Source: Squalus acanthias (taxonomy: Eukaryota). From it: 64,000 bases of DNA. Positions 38,013-51,585 of the stretch are shown piece by piece. A model generated the notes under the pieces. That model did no database searches. It was not told the DNA's origin and saw nothing but the letters and a program-made list of their open reading frames with translations. Positions within the stretch are counted from its first letter, which is position 1, and each line of letters starts with the position of its first letter. Location: contig CM059431.1 in the NCBI GenBank assembly GCA_030390025.1, forward strand, positions 157,420,001 to 157,484,000. Direction: 5' to 3'. A program made the position numbers and the translations under genes.

Positions 38013-39468
38013 ATGAAACATTACCAACAGTAGAATAATGAAACAGTAAACAAAAGTAATAGTAAGCATAGGAAACAGTAAACTTAGGAAACAGCAAACA
38101 TAAACTTTAAACAGGGAACAGGAAACACCAGAAACAGCAGATATAGGAAACAAGAAACATATAAAGCTGGAAGATAGGAAAGCTTCAATACTGTAAAGAG
38201 CAAAAGAAGGAAAAAGGAATATACGAAACAGTAAACAATGCAAACAGGACACATAATGAACAGTAAACATAGGAAACAGGAAACACAGGGAAAAGTAAAC
38301 ATAATAAACTTAAACATAGGAAAGATGGAACATAAGAAACATTAAAAATACAACACAGTCTACATAACACACTGTAACTATAGTCAACAGGAAATATATG
38401 AAACAGGAAATATAGTAAACAGGAAACGTACGAAATAGGAAACATAGGAAACAGTAAATCACAGAAACAATAACTATACGAAACAGTAAACATAGAAAAT
38501 AGGAAATATAAGAAAATGTAAATATTGGAAACAATTCACATTGGAAACGGACAAGATAACACACAGGATAAATAGGAAAAAAGGAAACATACGATTCAGG
38601 AAATATAGGGAAGATGGAACATAAGAAACATTAATCTAAGGAAACAGTACATGTAACATAATGTAAATATAGGCAAAAGAAACATAAGAAACAGGAAACA
38701 TAGGAAAGAGCAAAGAAGTGAAAGAGGAAACTAAAGGACGTGTAAACGTTGGAATGGCAAATCATAGGACACAGGAAACAGACGAAACAGAAAATATAGG
38801 AAAGAGGAATTATAGGAAGCAGTAACCATAGCCAACAGGAAATATAAGAAATAGAAATTTTGGAAACATGAAATATAAGAGAGAGGAAACAAACTAAAAT
38901 GTAAATATAGGAAAGAGTCAACATTGGAAACATGACACATGAGAAACAGTAACAAAGAAAGGAAACAGAGGAAACAGTAATCATCTAAAAGCGGAAATAC
39001 AGGACAACGAAGTTATAGGAAATGGGATATTAAACAAAATGTAACGTAAGGAAACAGTAAAAAATAAAGAAAAGAGGAAACAGAGGAAACAGTAAACATG
39101 GGAAACAGAATCAGCAGAGACAGGAATCAGCACGAACAGGAATCATAGCGAATATTAATCAGAGGAAGCAGGATATATAAGAATCACTAAATCATATGAA
39201 ACATGAAACATAAGAATCAGTAAACATAGGAAACATCAAATAATCCTAGGAAACAGGAAACATCGGAAACAGGAAACTTAGGTAATAGTAAACATAAGAA
39301 ATATTAAATAAAGGAAACAATAAACATAGGAAAGAGGATACAAAAGAAATACGAAGCAGAGGTAAGGGGAAACAGAAGAAACTGTAAAAATAGTAACTTT
39401 AAATAACGGAAAAGTAAACAGAGGAAACAACAATTATAGGGAACTTTAAACGTAGGAAAGTTTAAACA

Positions 39469-42167
39469 CTTTTTCATATTCCATTATGGGATGTGGGCGT
39501 CGCTAGCAAGGCCAGCATTTATTGCCCATTCCTAACTGCCCTTGAGAAGGTGGTGGCGAGCCGCCTTCTTGAACTGCTGCAGTCCGTGTGGTGATGGTCC
39601 TCCCACAGTGCTGTTAGGGAGGGAGTTCCAGGATTTTGAACCAGCTACGATGAAGGATCGGCGATATGCTTCTAAGTCAGGATGGTGTGTGAATTTGAGG
39701 GAAACTTGGAGGTGGTGGTGTTCCCATGCACCTGCCACCCTTGGCCTTCTAGGTGGGCGAGTTCGCGGGTTTGGGAGGTGATGCCGAAGAAGCCTTGGTT
39801 ATTTGTTATTGTGCATCTTGTAGATGGTGCACACTGCAGCCACGGTACGCCTCTGGTGGAGAGAGTGAACGTTTAAGGTGGTGGAGGGAAGATCATTGAT
39901 GAAGCAGCTGAAGATGATTGGGCCTTGGACTCTTCCCTGAGGAACTCCTGCAGCGATGTCCTGGGGCTGTGATGATTGACCTCAATCACGACAACCATCT
40001 TCCTTTGTGTTAGGTATTACTCCAGCCAGTGTTATGTTTTCCACCCCGAAACCCACTGAATTCAGTTTTACTAGGGCTCCTTGATGTCACACTCGGTCAA
40101 ATGCTGCCTTTATGTCAAGGGCAGTTACTCTCACGTCACATCAGGAATTCAGTTCCTTTGGACCAAGGCAGTAATAAGATAGGGAGCCGCGTGGTCTATT
40201 GGGGAACCGAAACTGGGCATCAGTGAGCAGGTTACTGGTCAGTAAGTGCCGCTTGATAGCGCTGTCGATGATACGTTTCATCACATTGATGATGATTGAG
40301 AGTAGACTGATTGGGCAATAATTGGCCGGATTGGATTTGTCCTGATTTTTGTGGACAGGACATACTTGAGCAGTTTTCCAAGATGTCGGATAGATGCCAG
40401 TGTTGTAGCTGCACGGGAACAGCTTGGCTAGAGTTGCGGCTAGTTCGGGAGCACGATAGTCGGGTTGTTTTGGGGGCCCATAGAATTTGCTGTAACCAGT
40501 CCGCTCAGCCTTTTCTTGACATTAGATGGACTGAATCGAATTGACTGAAGACTGGCTTCTGTGATGGTGGGGAGCTCAGGTGTAGTCCGATATGGATCAG
40601 CCACACGGCACTTCTGGCTGAAGAAGGTTGCAAATGCCTAAGCCTTATCTTTTGCGCTGACGTGCTGGGCTCCACCATCATTGAGGATGGGGATATTTAT
40701 GAAGCCTCCGCCTCTTGTTAGTTGTTCAATGGTCCACGAGCGTTCACGACTGGATGTAGCAGGACTGCAGAGCTATGATCCGATCCGTTGATTGTGGGAT
40801 GGCTTAGCCCTTCTATCGCATGCTGCCTCCGCTTTTTAGCATGCATGTAGTCCTGTGTTGCAGTTTCCCCAGGTTGGCACCTCATTTTTAGGTACGCCTA
40901 GTGCTTCTCCTGGCATGCTCTTCTGCACTCCTTATTGAACCAGGGTTGGTCCCCTTGCTTGATGGTAATGGTAGAGTTAGTGATATGCCGGGCCATGAGG
41001 TTACAGATTGGGGTGGAATACAATTTGGCTGCTGCACATGGCCCACAGCACCTCATGGATGCCCAGTTTTTGAGCTGATAGATCTGTTCTGAAGCTATCC
41101 CATTTAGCAAGGTGGTAGTGCAACACAACACGATGGAGGGTGTCGTCAGTGTGAAGACGGGACTTCGTATCCACAATGACTGCGCGGTGGTCACTGCTAC
41201 CAATACTGTCATGGAAATATGCATCTGCGACGGCTAGTTAGGTGAGGACGAGTTCCAGTAGGTTTTTCCGTCGTGCTGCTTCGCTCACCACCTGTCTCAG
41301 GCCCAGACTGGCTGTTACACCCATCACGACTCGGCCAGCTCGGTCAGTAGTGGTGCTACCGAACAACTCTTGGTAATGGATATCAGTAAATTATGTGCCC
41401 TTGCTACTCTCAGTGCTTCTTCCTAGTGGTGTTCAACATGGAGGAGTTACTGATTCATCAGCTGAGGGGGTGGCGGTAGGTTGTAATCAGAAGTTGGTTT
41501 ACTTGCCCATACTTGACTTGACCTGAAGCCATGAGACTTCATGGGGTCCGGAGTGAATGTCGAGGACTCCAAGGGCCACTCCCTCCCGACTGTATGCCAA
41601 TGTGCCGCCAACACTGGTGGGTCTGTCCTGCCGCTGGGACAGGACATAGCCTGGGATTTTGTTGGAGGTGTTTGGGACATTGTTTGAAATTGATGATTCT
41701 GCGATTATGATTATGTCACGCTGTTGCTTGACAATTCTCCCAATTTTGCCACAAGTCCCCTGATGTTTATCAGGAGGACTTTGCAGTGTCGCCCTGGTGC
41801 GCTGTTGCCGTGTCCAAGCCAATGCCGAGGTGGATGTCGGGTGGTCCGTCCGGTTTCATTCTTAATATTGTGTTTAGAAGCGGTTTGTTACGACTGAGTG
41901 CTATGCCAGCCCATTTTACAGGATAGTTACGAATCAACCACATTGCTGTGGGTCTGGAGTCACATATAGTTCAGGTAACGAGGGCAGATTTCCTTCCCTA
42001 AAGGACATTAGTGAACCAGATGTTTTTTTTACGACAATCCAATAGTCCGATAGTTTCATGGTTGCTCACTTTTTATTCCAGATTTATTTAATTAACTGAA
42101 TCTCTGGATCATTAGTCCAGGCCTGTGGATTACTAGCGCAGTTACATTACCACTATGCTACCGTTCC
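39469..42167 (-). mobile_element. Zenon-like LINE retaining both ends, internally deleted, with tRNA-like head
   Basis: Endonuclease peptide IPGYVLSQRQDRPTSVGGTLAY (41499-41822), RT remnants, same 3' end as 33360-33450; head ggaacggtagcatagtggtaatg. Confidence 0.82.
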
Positions 42168-43690
42168 AATGGAACAGTGAATACTGGAAAGAGGGAACAA
42201 ATGAAACAGGAAGTATAGGAAACAGTAAACAAAGGAAAAAGGAAACAATGGAAACAGTAAAACTAAGTAACAGGAAATATAGGAAACAAAAAATAAAGAA
42301 CAGTGTTAACAATGGAAAAAGTTAACGTAGGAGACATTAAACATAAGTAACAGGAAATATAGGAAACAGGATAATAGGAAACCGTAAACATAGGAAAGAA
42401 GAAACATGGGAAGCATGAAAGATATGCAACAAGAAATAAATGAAACGGTAAATATTGAAAATAGGAACCAAGTGAAACAGAGAACATAAGGAACATGTAA
42501 TATAGGGAACAGGCAACATCGCAGACAGTAAATATAGGGAACCGTAAATATAAGAAACATTAAACACAGAAAACATTAAACATAGGCAACAGGAAACATA
42601 AGAAACAGTTATCATTGGAAGCAGGAAATATAGGAAAAAATAAACATAGGAAAATATAAATAGAGGAAGCAGTAAACACAGGGAACATTAATCATAGCAA
42701 ACGGCAAACATAAAAAAACAGTAAACATAGGACACATAAAAACAATAAATACAGGAAACATGCAACATAGGAAGCAGTAAACATAGGGAACAGGCAACAG
42801 ACGACTGAATAAATGTAGGGAACAGGGGAAAAAGCAAACATGAAACATATTTATAATAAACATAAGAAACAGTAAATATGGGAAAAGGGAACATCGGCAA
42901 ATGGAAATATAAGAAACATGGGCCACAGTGAACAGTTTATATAAGAAACAGTGAAGATAGGAAACTGTAGGAAATTTAGGAAACAGTCAACATTGGACAC
43001 GGGAAACAGAAGAAACAATAAAAAGATAAAACCATCGAAATCAGGAAATATAAGACATAGGAAATATAGTTAACAGTAAACATAAGAATATATTAAACAT
43101 AGGAAACAGGAAAGAAAATAAACATAGTAATCGGTAAATAAAGGAAACAGGACACATGGGAAGCAGTAAATATAGGAAACATGAAATATAAGGAACACGA
43201 AACGGAAGAAATAGTAAACATAGGTTATAGGAAACAAAAGATACATTAAACATTGGAAAGAGGAAACATAAGAAGCATACGGAAGAGTAAACATCGGAAA
43301 CAGTAAACATGGGAAAAAGCAAATATAACAAAGAGGAAATATTAGAGACTGGAAACGTAGTTAATAGTAAATATAAGGAACATTAATCGTAGGAATTTTT
43401 AAAATACGAAACAATATACATTCGAAACATTGAACTTAGGAAGCAAGAAAAAAGGCAACAATAAAAATATGAAACAGTAAACATAGGAAACAGTAAACAT
43501 AGCAAAACGTATACATAGGAAACATCAAAAAAGGTAAAGAGGAAATATAGGAAACATTAAACTTAGGAAATAGGAAATATAGAAATATTAAGCATAGGAG
43601 TCAGGAACCATAGGAAAGAAGGAATATAAGAAACAGTATATATAGGAAACATGAAATATAGGAAACAGGAAATATAGGAAACGTGAAACA
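42168..43690 (+). repeat. Purine-rich satellite array
   Basis: Same units and polarity. Confidence 0.92.
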
Positions 43691-45137
43691 TATTACATAG
43701 GATTTCATTGGATATACAGCAAAGAAGCAGGCCATTCAACATAACCAGTAAATGCCAGCGTTTATTCTCCACTCGAGCCTCCTCCCTTCTTTCCTCAGCT
43801 AACTCTATCAGCATAACCCTTTATTCCCTTCTCCCTCATATGCTTATCTAACAGCCCCTTAAATGCATCTATACTATTCGCTTCAAACAGTCCCCGTGGA
43901 TGCGATTTCAAAAATCTCACCACACTTTGGGTAAAGAACTTTCTTCTACATGTCCTTCTTGATTTCTGGTGACTATCTTATATTGATAGCCTTGAATTCC
44001 ACACAAGTGGAAATATTTCTCTCTGAATCTACTCTATCAAAACCTTTCATAATTTTTAAAGCTCTATTAGGCCAACCTTCAGCCATCTCTTTTCAAGAGA
44101 AAAGAGACCCAACCTATTCATCCTTTCCTGGTATGTATACCCTCGCATTTCTGGTATCATCCTTGGAAATCTTCTCTGCACCATCTCCGGTGATCTTTAT
44201 ACTCTTTTTTATAATAAGGCGATCAGAATTGTACGCAGTACTCCAAGTGTGGTCTAACCAACGTTCGATATAAGTTTAGCAAAGAGTCACTACTTTTCAA
44301 TTCTATCCCTCTAGAAATAAACCCTAGTGCTTGGTGTGCTTTTTTATGGCCTTGTTAAACTGTATTGCTACTTTTAGTGACGTGTGTGTTTGTACTCCGA
44401 GATCCCTTCGTTCCTCTATACCACCCAGATCCCATCGTCCAATATGTGACCTCCTTATTCTTCGTGACTAAATGTAATACCTCACATTTATCTGTGTTGC
44501 AATTTATTTGCCAATTATATGACCATTATTCCTGTAATTATTTGCAGACCTCCTCAGTTTTGATCCCCCCCCCCCCCAATTTGATATCATCCGCAAATTT
44601 TTAAATTGTGCTTTTAATTACAAAGAATAAATTGTCATATGAATAGTGAACAACATTTGTTCCAACACTGATCCTTGTGGAACTGGTATTCCCACCTTCT
44701 ACTACGTTGTATTGCTACACTTTCCCCCTACTCTCTGCTTTCTGTCTTGGAGCCAGCGAGCTAGCTATTCTGCTTCGTGTCCATTGACTCCACATTCTCT
44801 GACCTTATTCATTAGGCCATTACGTGGTAACATATCGAAGGCCTTTTGAAAATCTACGTAAATTACATCGACAACATGAACCTTGTCTGAGAACTGTGTT
44901 AACTCTTCAAAAAATTCAATGAGGTTGGTGAAGCAAGACTTTTCCTTTTGAAATCCATACTGAATATTCGTTATTTTGTTTTTTGTTTACTAGATGTACT
45001 CCTATTTTTCCCTTTGGTAAATATTCCATTATTCTTCCTACCACCGTTGTTAAGCTGACTGGTCTATAGTTCCCTGGACATGTTTTATCTCCCTTCTTAT
45101 ATATGCGTATTACATTTGCTATCCACCAATCCTTCTC
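43690..45137 (-). mobile_element. CR1 RT/3' fragment, same subfamily as 13620-15100
   Basis: WWIANVIRIYKKGDKTCPGNYRPVSLTT peptide; collinear similarity with the 13.6-15.1 kb copy. Confidence 0.88.
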
Positions 45138-47742
45138 TGTATGAAACGGGACACATAGCAACCAGGAAACATAAAGAGGAAATATAAGAAGCTGCGGAAC
45201 GATTAAACATATATAAAAGGAAAAATATGAAACATTAAACATAGTAAATCGGAAAAATAATAAACCTGTAACAAAGGAAACATGAACCATAGGAAACAGT
45301 AAAAAACGAAAATAGAAATTATAGGACAGACAAAACATCGTCAACATTAAACATAGGAAACATGAAATATAGGAAACAGGAAGCAAATGAAACGGAAAAC
45401 AGTAAACAGAAAAAAGAGGAAACACCGTTAACAGGATACATATGAAACATTGGAATAATTAAACGGAGTGTACAGGAAAGAGAGGAAATGTATAACATAG
45501 GAAGCAGTAAACATAGGAAACAGGCAACATAAGAGACAGTAAACATAGGCAAAAGGAAACATAGGAAACATAAACATGTTAATCCGTAAAATGAAGAAAA
45601 AGGAGAAAAGGTACAGACACCAACGTCTCCTGCTCTGGCGTAAATTTCCACGGCTGTATGATTAGAAAGAATAAACATAGAAAATAAGTAACATAAGAAA
45701 CAGTAAACATAGGATACAGAAAATATAGGGAATAGAAAATAGTAAAAGTAGGGAACAGGAAACAGGATTTATTAAATATACGAAATAATAAGCATAGGAT
45801 ACGGAAAACATAGGGAACAGGAAATAGGAATCCTAGGGAAAAGGAACTACAAGAAACCTAGGAAACATGGAACTTATGAAAAAGGAAAGATATCATACAG
45901 TAAACTGTCGACAGCAATCAGGAAATAAAAATAATAAAGAACAGGAAACACTGAATATAGGAAAGAGTCAAAATTAGAGACTGTAAACATAGGGAGCAGG
46001 AAACAAAAGAAAATGTAAACATCGGAAACAGGAAACATAGTAAGCAATAAAACGAAGACAAAGGAAAAATGGTGCAGACACCATGGCCTCTTTCTGTGGC
46101 GTCAATTTCCCCGATTGTATGATACGAAATAATAAACATAGAAAATAGGTCACTTAGGAAACAGTAAACATAGGACACAGTAAATATAGGGATGAGGAAA
46201 GAGTAAACATAGATGACAGGAAACATGGGGTATAGTAAATATACGAAATAATAAGCATAGGATATGGAAAACATAGCAAACATGAAATAGGAATCCTAAG
46301 GAAAAGAAACTATAACAAACCTCAAACATAGGAAACATGGAACTTATGAAAAAGGCAAAATATGATAGTGAAAACAGTAGACAGGAAAAAGGAAGTAAAA
46401 ACTACAGGAAAAAGTTAGCATAAGAAACAGGATTCATAGGAAACAATTACATAGGGAACAGTAAACATAGGAAACACAAAACATAAGAAACAGTAAACGT
46501 AGGAAAGAGGAAACATCGAAAATAGGAATCAGGAAAGATAGGAAACAGTAAACATAGGAAACATGCAACATAGGAAAAAGTAAACATAGGGAAAAGGCAA
46601 CAGGGAAAAGACTAAAAGTAGGAAATAGTAAACATATGAACCAGTAAAGGGAACATAGGCAAATGGAAATATAAGAAATATTGGACCATAGTAAACAGAA
46701 AAAATTAGAAAAAGTGAATATATGAAAATGTAATCATAGGAAAACGAAACATTAAAAACAGGAACAATATGAAACAGTAAACATAGGAAACAGGAAACAT
46801 AGTAAACAGGAAACGTAAGGAACAGGAAACATAGAAAATAGGAAAAATAGAAAACAGGAAACAGAAGAAACAAAGGAAACAGTGAAAAAAGAAAAGCAGA
46901 AATTTAGGAAACAGTTAGCTTAGGAAATAGGAAACATAGGAAATATTATCATAGGAAGTAGTAAACGTCGGAAACAGGAAACATAGGAATAAGTAAATAT
47001 AGGAAACATTAAACTTAGGAAACATAGTAAATATAGGAAATATAGGAAATACAGAAAATATAGAAAAGTGGAAACATAAGAAACAGACAACAAAGAAAAT
47101 AGGAAACATTGGAAAGGTAGGAATTGGGAAACATGGGAAACATTAAACATCAGAAACAGGAAATACTGGAAACGTTAAACATAGGAAATATTGGTCGTAG
47201 GAAACAGTCAAGCAAGAAAGTAGTAAATACAGGAAATAGTAAACATATGAAATAGGAAGCATTGGCAAAATAAACATAGGAAAAAGGAAACAATGGAAAC
47301 ATTAATCATAGAAAACGTTGAACATAGAAAACAGTAAAAAAAGAAAAACAGGACATGTAGGAATCGGGAAACATGGGAAAGAGTAAATGTAGGGAAAATT
47401 AAACATAGGAAATATTGAAAATAGAAAACAGTGAAAAAAGAAAAGATGAAATACAGGAAACAGTAAACATAGGAATTAGGAAGCATTGGCAAAATTAAAC
47501 ATAGGTCACAGAGAACAATGGAAACATTAAACATAGGAAACGTTGAAGATAGGAAACTCTAAAACAAGATATAGAGGAAATGTAGGAAACAGTAAATATA
47601 GGAAACTGTAAATGTAGGAAACAGGAAACATCGGAAAAAGTATAAAAAAGAAAACGCGAAAAGCTGGAACCATTAAACATAGGAAAACGGAAACATCAGA
47701 AACAGGAAACATAGGAAACAGTACAATAGGAAACAGTAAACC
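45138..47742 (+). repeat. Purine-rich satellite array with an internal duplication of about 465 bp
   Basis: Same units; aaatatacgaaataataagcataggata occurs near 45775 and 46238. Confidence 0.92.
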
Positions 47743-50555
47743 TTTTTTAAATGTATTCGTTCATGGGGTGCGGGCTTCGCTGGCAAGGCCAGCATTTATT
47801 CCGCATGTTTAATTGCCCTTAAGAAAGTCGTGGAAATTCGCCTTCTTGACCGCCTACAGTCCGTGTAGTGAAGGTACTCCCACAGTGCAGTTAGAGAGGG
47901 ATTTCCAGAATTTTGACCCAGCGACGATGATGCATCGGCAATATAGGTGTGTGACTGGAGCGGAACTTGGAGTTCGTGGAGTTCCCATGTGTCTGCTGCA
48001 CTTGTCTTTCTAGGTGGAAGAGGTCGCGTGTTTGGGAGATGGTGCCGAAGAAGCCTTGGCGTGCTTCTGCAGTACATCTTGCAGATGAAGCACACTGCAG
48101 CCACGGTACGCCGCTGGTCGAGGGAGTGAATGGTATGGTGATGCATGGGGTGCCAATCAAGTGCACTGCTTTGTCCTGGATTGTGTAGAACCTCTTGAGT
48201 ATTTTGGAGCTCCACTCATCCAGGCAAGAGGAGAGTATCCCATCACACTCCTTTTTGTCCCTTGGAGATGTTGGAGAGGCTTTGTGGAGACAGGAGTTGA
48301 GACACTCGCCGCAGAATACCTAGGTTCTGTCATGCTCTTGTTGCCGCAGTATTAATTGGCTGGTCCAGTTAAGTTTCTGGTTAGGTGCATGACACGCAGG
48401 ATGTTGTTGGTGGGCGATACGGCGATTGTAATGCTGTTGAATGTCAAGGGCGGTGGTTAGAATCTACCTTGTTGGATATAGTCACTGCCTTGTACTTCTG
48501 TGGCGCGAATGTTACCTGCCAATTATCAGGCCAAACCTGAACGTCGTCCAGGTCATGTTCAATGCGAGAATGGGCTGCTTCATTAACTAAAGAGTTGTGA
48601 ATGGTGCTGGACACTGTGCAGTCATCAGCGAACATCCCCATTTCTAACCTTATGTTGGCGGGAAGGTCATTGATAAAGCAGCTGAAGATGGTTGGGCCTA
48701 GGACACTGCCCCGAGGAACAGCTGCAGCGATGTCCTGGTGCTGTGGTGATTGACCTTCAACCAGCACAATCATCTTTCTTTATGCTAGGTATGACTCCAA
48801 CCAGTGGAGAGTTTTCCCCTGATTACCATTGACTTCAGTTTTACTTGGGCTCCTTGATGCCAGACTCAGTCAAATGCTGCCTTGATGTCAAAGGCAGTGA
48901 CTCACACCTCACCGCTTGAATTCAGCTCTTTTGTCCATGTTTGGACCAAGGCTGTGATGTTGTCGGGAGCCGATTTGTCGTGGTGGAAACAAAACTGGGC
49001 TCCAGTGAAAAGGTTATTTTTGAGTAAGTGCTGCTTGATAGCACTGTTAGTGATACCTTCCATCACTTTGTCGATGTTTGAGAGTAGACTGATTGGGCGG
49101 TAATTGCCGGTTAGTTTTGATCTGCTTTATGTGGACAGGACATACCTGGGCAATTTTCCACATTGTCGGATAGATGCCAGTGTTGTATCTTTACTGGAAC
49201 ATCTTGGCTAGAGGCGCGGCTAGTCCTGGAGCACAAGTCGTCAGCAGGATAGCCGGAATGATATCCGGGCCCATAGCATGTGTTGTATCCAGTGCATTCA
49301 GCCGTGTCTTGATATCATGTGGAGTGAATCGAATTGCCTGAAGACTGGCTTCTGTGATGGCCTGGACCCCAGGAGTAGGCCGATATGGACTGAAGAGTTT
49401 TGATGTGATACGTTTATTGTGGGATCGAATAGCCCTGTTTATAGCGGCGGCTTCCGCGTTTTCGCATGCATGTAGTTCTGTGTTGAAGCTTCCCCAGGTT
49501 GGCACCTCATTTTTGGGTACGGCTGGTGCTGCTCCTGGCATGCTCGTCTATACTCCTTATTGAACCAGGGTTGGTACCCTGGCTTGATGGTAATGGTAGA
49601 GTGAGGGATATACTGGGCCGTGACATTACAGATTTTGGAGGAATACAATTCTGCTGTTGCTGATGGCCCACAGATGCCCAGTTATATCTGTTCTGAATCT
49701 ATCCCATTCAGTACGGTGGTAGTGCCACACAACACTTTGGAGGGTGTCCTCAATGTGAAGACGGGTCTTCGTCTCCACAATGACTGTGCAGTGGTCAATA
49801 ATTTCATGGACCAATGCATTTGCGACGGGTAGATTGGTGAGAACGTGGTCAAGTAGGTTTTTTCCCACGTGTTGGTTCTCTCACCACGTGTCGCAGGCCT
49901 AGACTGGCAGCTGTGTGCTCCAGGATTTAGCCAGCTCTGTCAGTATTCGGTGTGACTGAGCCACTCTTAAGTGATGGACATTGAAGTCCCCCACCCAGAG
50001 TACATTTTGTGCCCTTGGTACTCTCTGTGCTTCTTACAAGTGGTGTTCAAAATGGAGGAGTACTGATTTACCATAACCCGGGATGGTGATGGAATAGTTT
50101 GGGATATTTGCTGAAAGGTATAAATCTGTAAGTATGACTATGGCTGTTTTCGAAGCAAGTCTTCAGGCTGCGGGACAGTGCCCCCAATTTTGGCACAAGT
50201 CCTCAGATGGTGGTGAGGAGCACTTTGCAGAGTCGTTGCCGCAGCCAAGATCGATCCCTCATTTCAGAGGGCAGTTAAGAGTCAACCACAATGCTGTGGA
50301 TGTGGAGTCACATATAGGCCAGTTAAGGACGGCAGATTTCCTTCCCGAAAGGACACTAGCGAACCAAATGAGTTTAATGACAATCCGATAGTTTCATGGT
50401 TACCATTACTGATACTGGCTTTTTATTCCAGATTGATTTAATTAACTGAATTTAAACCAAGCTGCCGTGGTGCGATTTGAATTCACGTTTCCGTATCATT
50501 ATTCCAGGCCTTTGGATTACTAGCCCAGTGACATTATCACTATTGTACCGTTCCC
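47743..50555 (-). mobile_element. Zenon-like LINE, near full length, with tRNA-like head
   Basis: VPRGSVLGPTIFSCFINDL...MFADDCTV (48444-48773), LLDHVLTNLP endonuclease end, head at 50440-50555. Confidence 0.85.
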
Positions 50556-50849
50556 GTGTGTTTGAGGCACAATCTCATTTAAGTGGATCCAGACAACCGA
50601 CAGCATTTAAGGCGCGAATCAGGCAGCAGGCAGAGGATATAGTTCCATCAGTCAGTGATGTTCTACACCCAGCTGTAATCCTGAGAGGGCGACCTGCATT
50701 CAACCACATCATCCAAACTCAGCAGCTAAAATAGAAAGGATTGAACAATTAGTCATTACATTTCCGTATCAAATACAATCTGATGTGGTTGTGATTCCCC
50801 GTCCCCCGTTTCATTTGTTGTATTCCCTTGTATTTCTCTATTTCTAAAT

Positions 50850-51200
50850 AAACAAAAATGAGAAGTCGCACAACACCAGGTTATAGTCCAACAGTTTTAT
50901 TTAAAATTACGAGCTTTCGGAGCTGTTGCCCCTTCGTCAGGTAAAGGTACAATGAGGGAATCTATTACACACTATATAAACACAGAAAGCAATTTGTCTG
51001 CAGAGATACAATCTTTTAGGGAGGCATTACATCAAAGACACATGAGTACAGCTAAGACAATGAGATGGGTCACAGGGGGTCCAACGTGTCAAATCCTGCC
51101 GTCTGCAGTTGAGCTTTTAACTTATTTTTTGGGGGGGTTTTTGGGGGGGGGGTTTGTGGTTTTTTTTAAACTGGAAAGACTGACAACGATGTCGAGTCAC
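50850..51200 (-). mobile_element. Single (non-inverted) copy of the PLE 3'-end family seen at 20869 and 37171
   Basis: Collinear with 37200-37505 and carries the head seen at 37570-37600. Confidence 0.86.
50907..50944 (-). ncRNA. Minimal type I hammerhead ribozyme motif (best-preserved copy of this family)
   Basis: ttac-CTGACGA-a-ggggc-aaca-gctcc-GAA-AGCT-C-gtaa: stem I ttac/gtaa, stem II, palindromic stem III, CUC cleavage triplet. Confidence 0.8.
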
Positions 51201-51585
51201 CGTCGTACCGTGGCTGCAGTGTGTACCACCTACAAGATGCACTGCAGCATGTCGACAAGGGTTCTTCGGCAGCACCTCCCAAACCCGCGAACTCTTCCAC
51301 CTAGAAGGACAGGGGCAGCAGGCGCATGTGAACGCCACCACCTCCAGGATCCCCTCCAAGGCACGCCCCATCCTGACTTAGAAGTATTTCGCCGATCCTT
51401 CATCGTCGCTGAGTCAAAATCCTGGAACTCCGTACCTAAGAGCACTGTGGGAGTACCCTCACCACTAGGACTGCAGCGGTTCAAGAAGGTGGCTCACCAC
51501 CACCTTCTCAACGGCAACTAGGGATGGGCAATAACTGCTGGTATTGCCAGCGACGCCCTGATCCCATAAACGAATTATTAAAAAA
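51196..51585 (+). mobile_element. Zenon-like LINE 3' fragment
   Basis: HRRTVAAVCTTYKMHCS...FKKVAHHHLLNGN* and the family 3' end. Confidence 0.83.

Larger units (their letters stand above)
35735..39468 (+). repeat. Purine-rich satellite array, interrupted by a MITE at 36526-38012
   Basis: Same 9-mer/7-mer units and polarity as the other blocks. Confidence 0.92.

Noticed and set aside
20195..47712. Dozens of Phe/Leu/Cys/Tyr-rich minus-strand ORFs resembling membrane proteins
   Set aside because: They are translations of the pyrimidine-rich satellite strand, overlapping in all frames with no domain structure
50952..51521. 189-aa ORF as a novel chimeric gene
   Set aside because: Chance fusion of an antisense PLE end with a LINE 3' fragment that contains frameshifts
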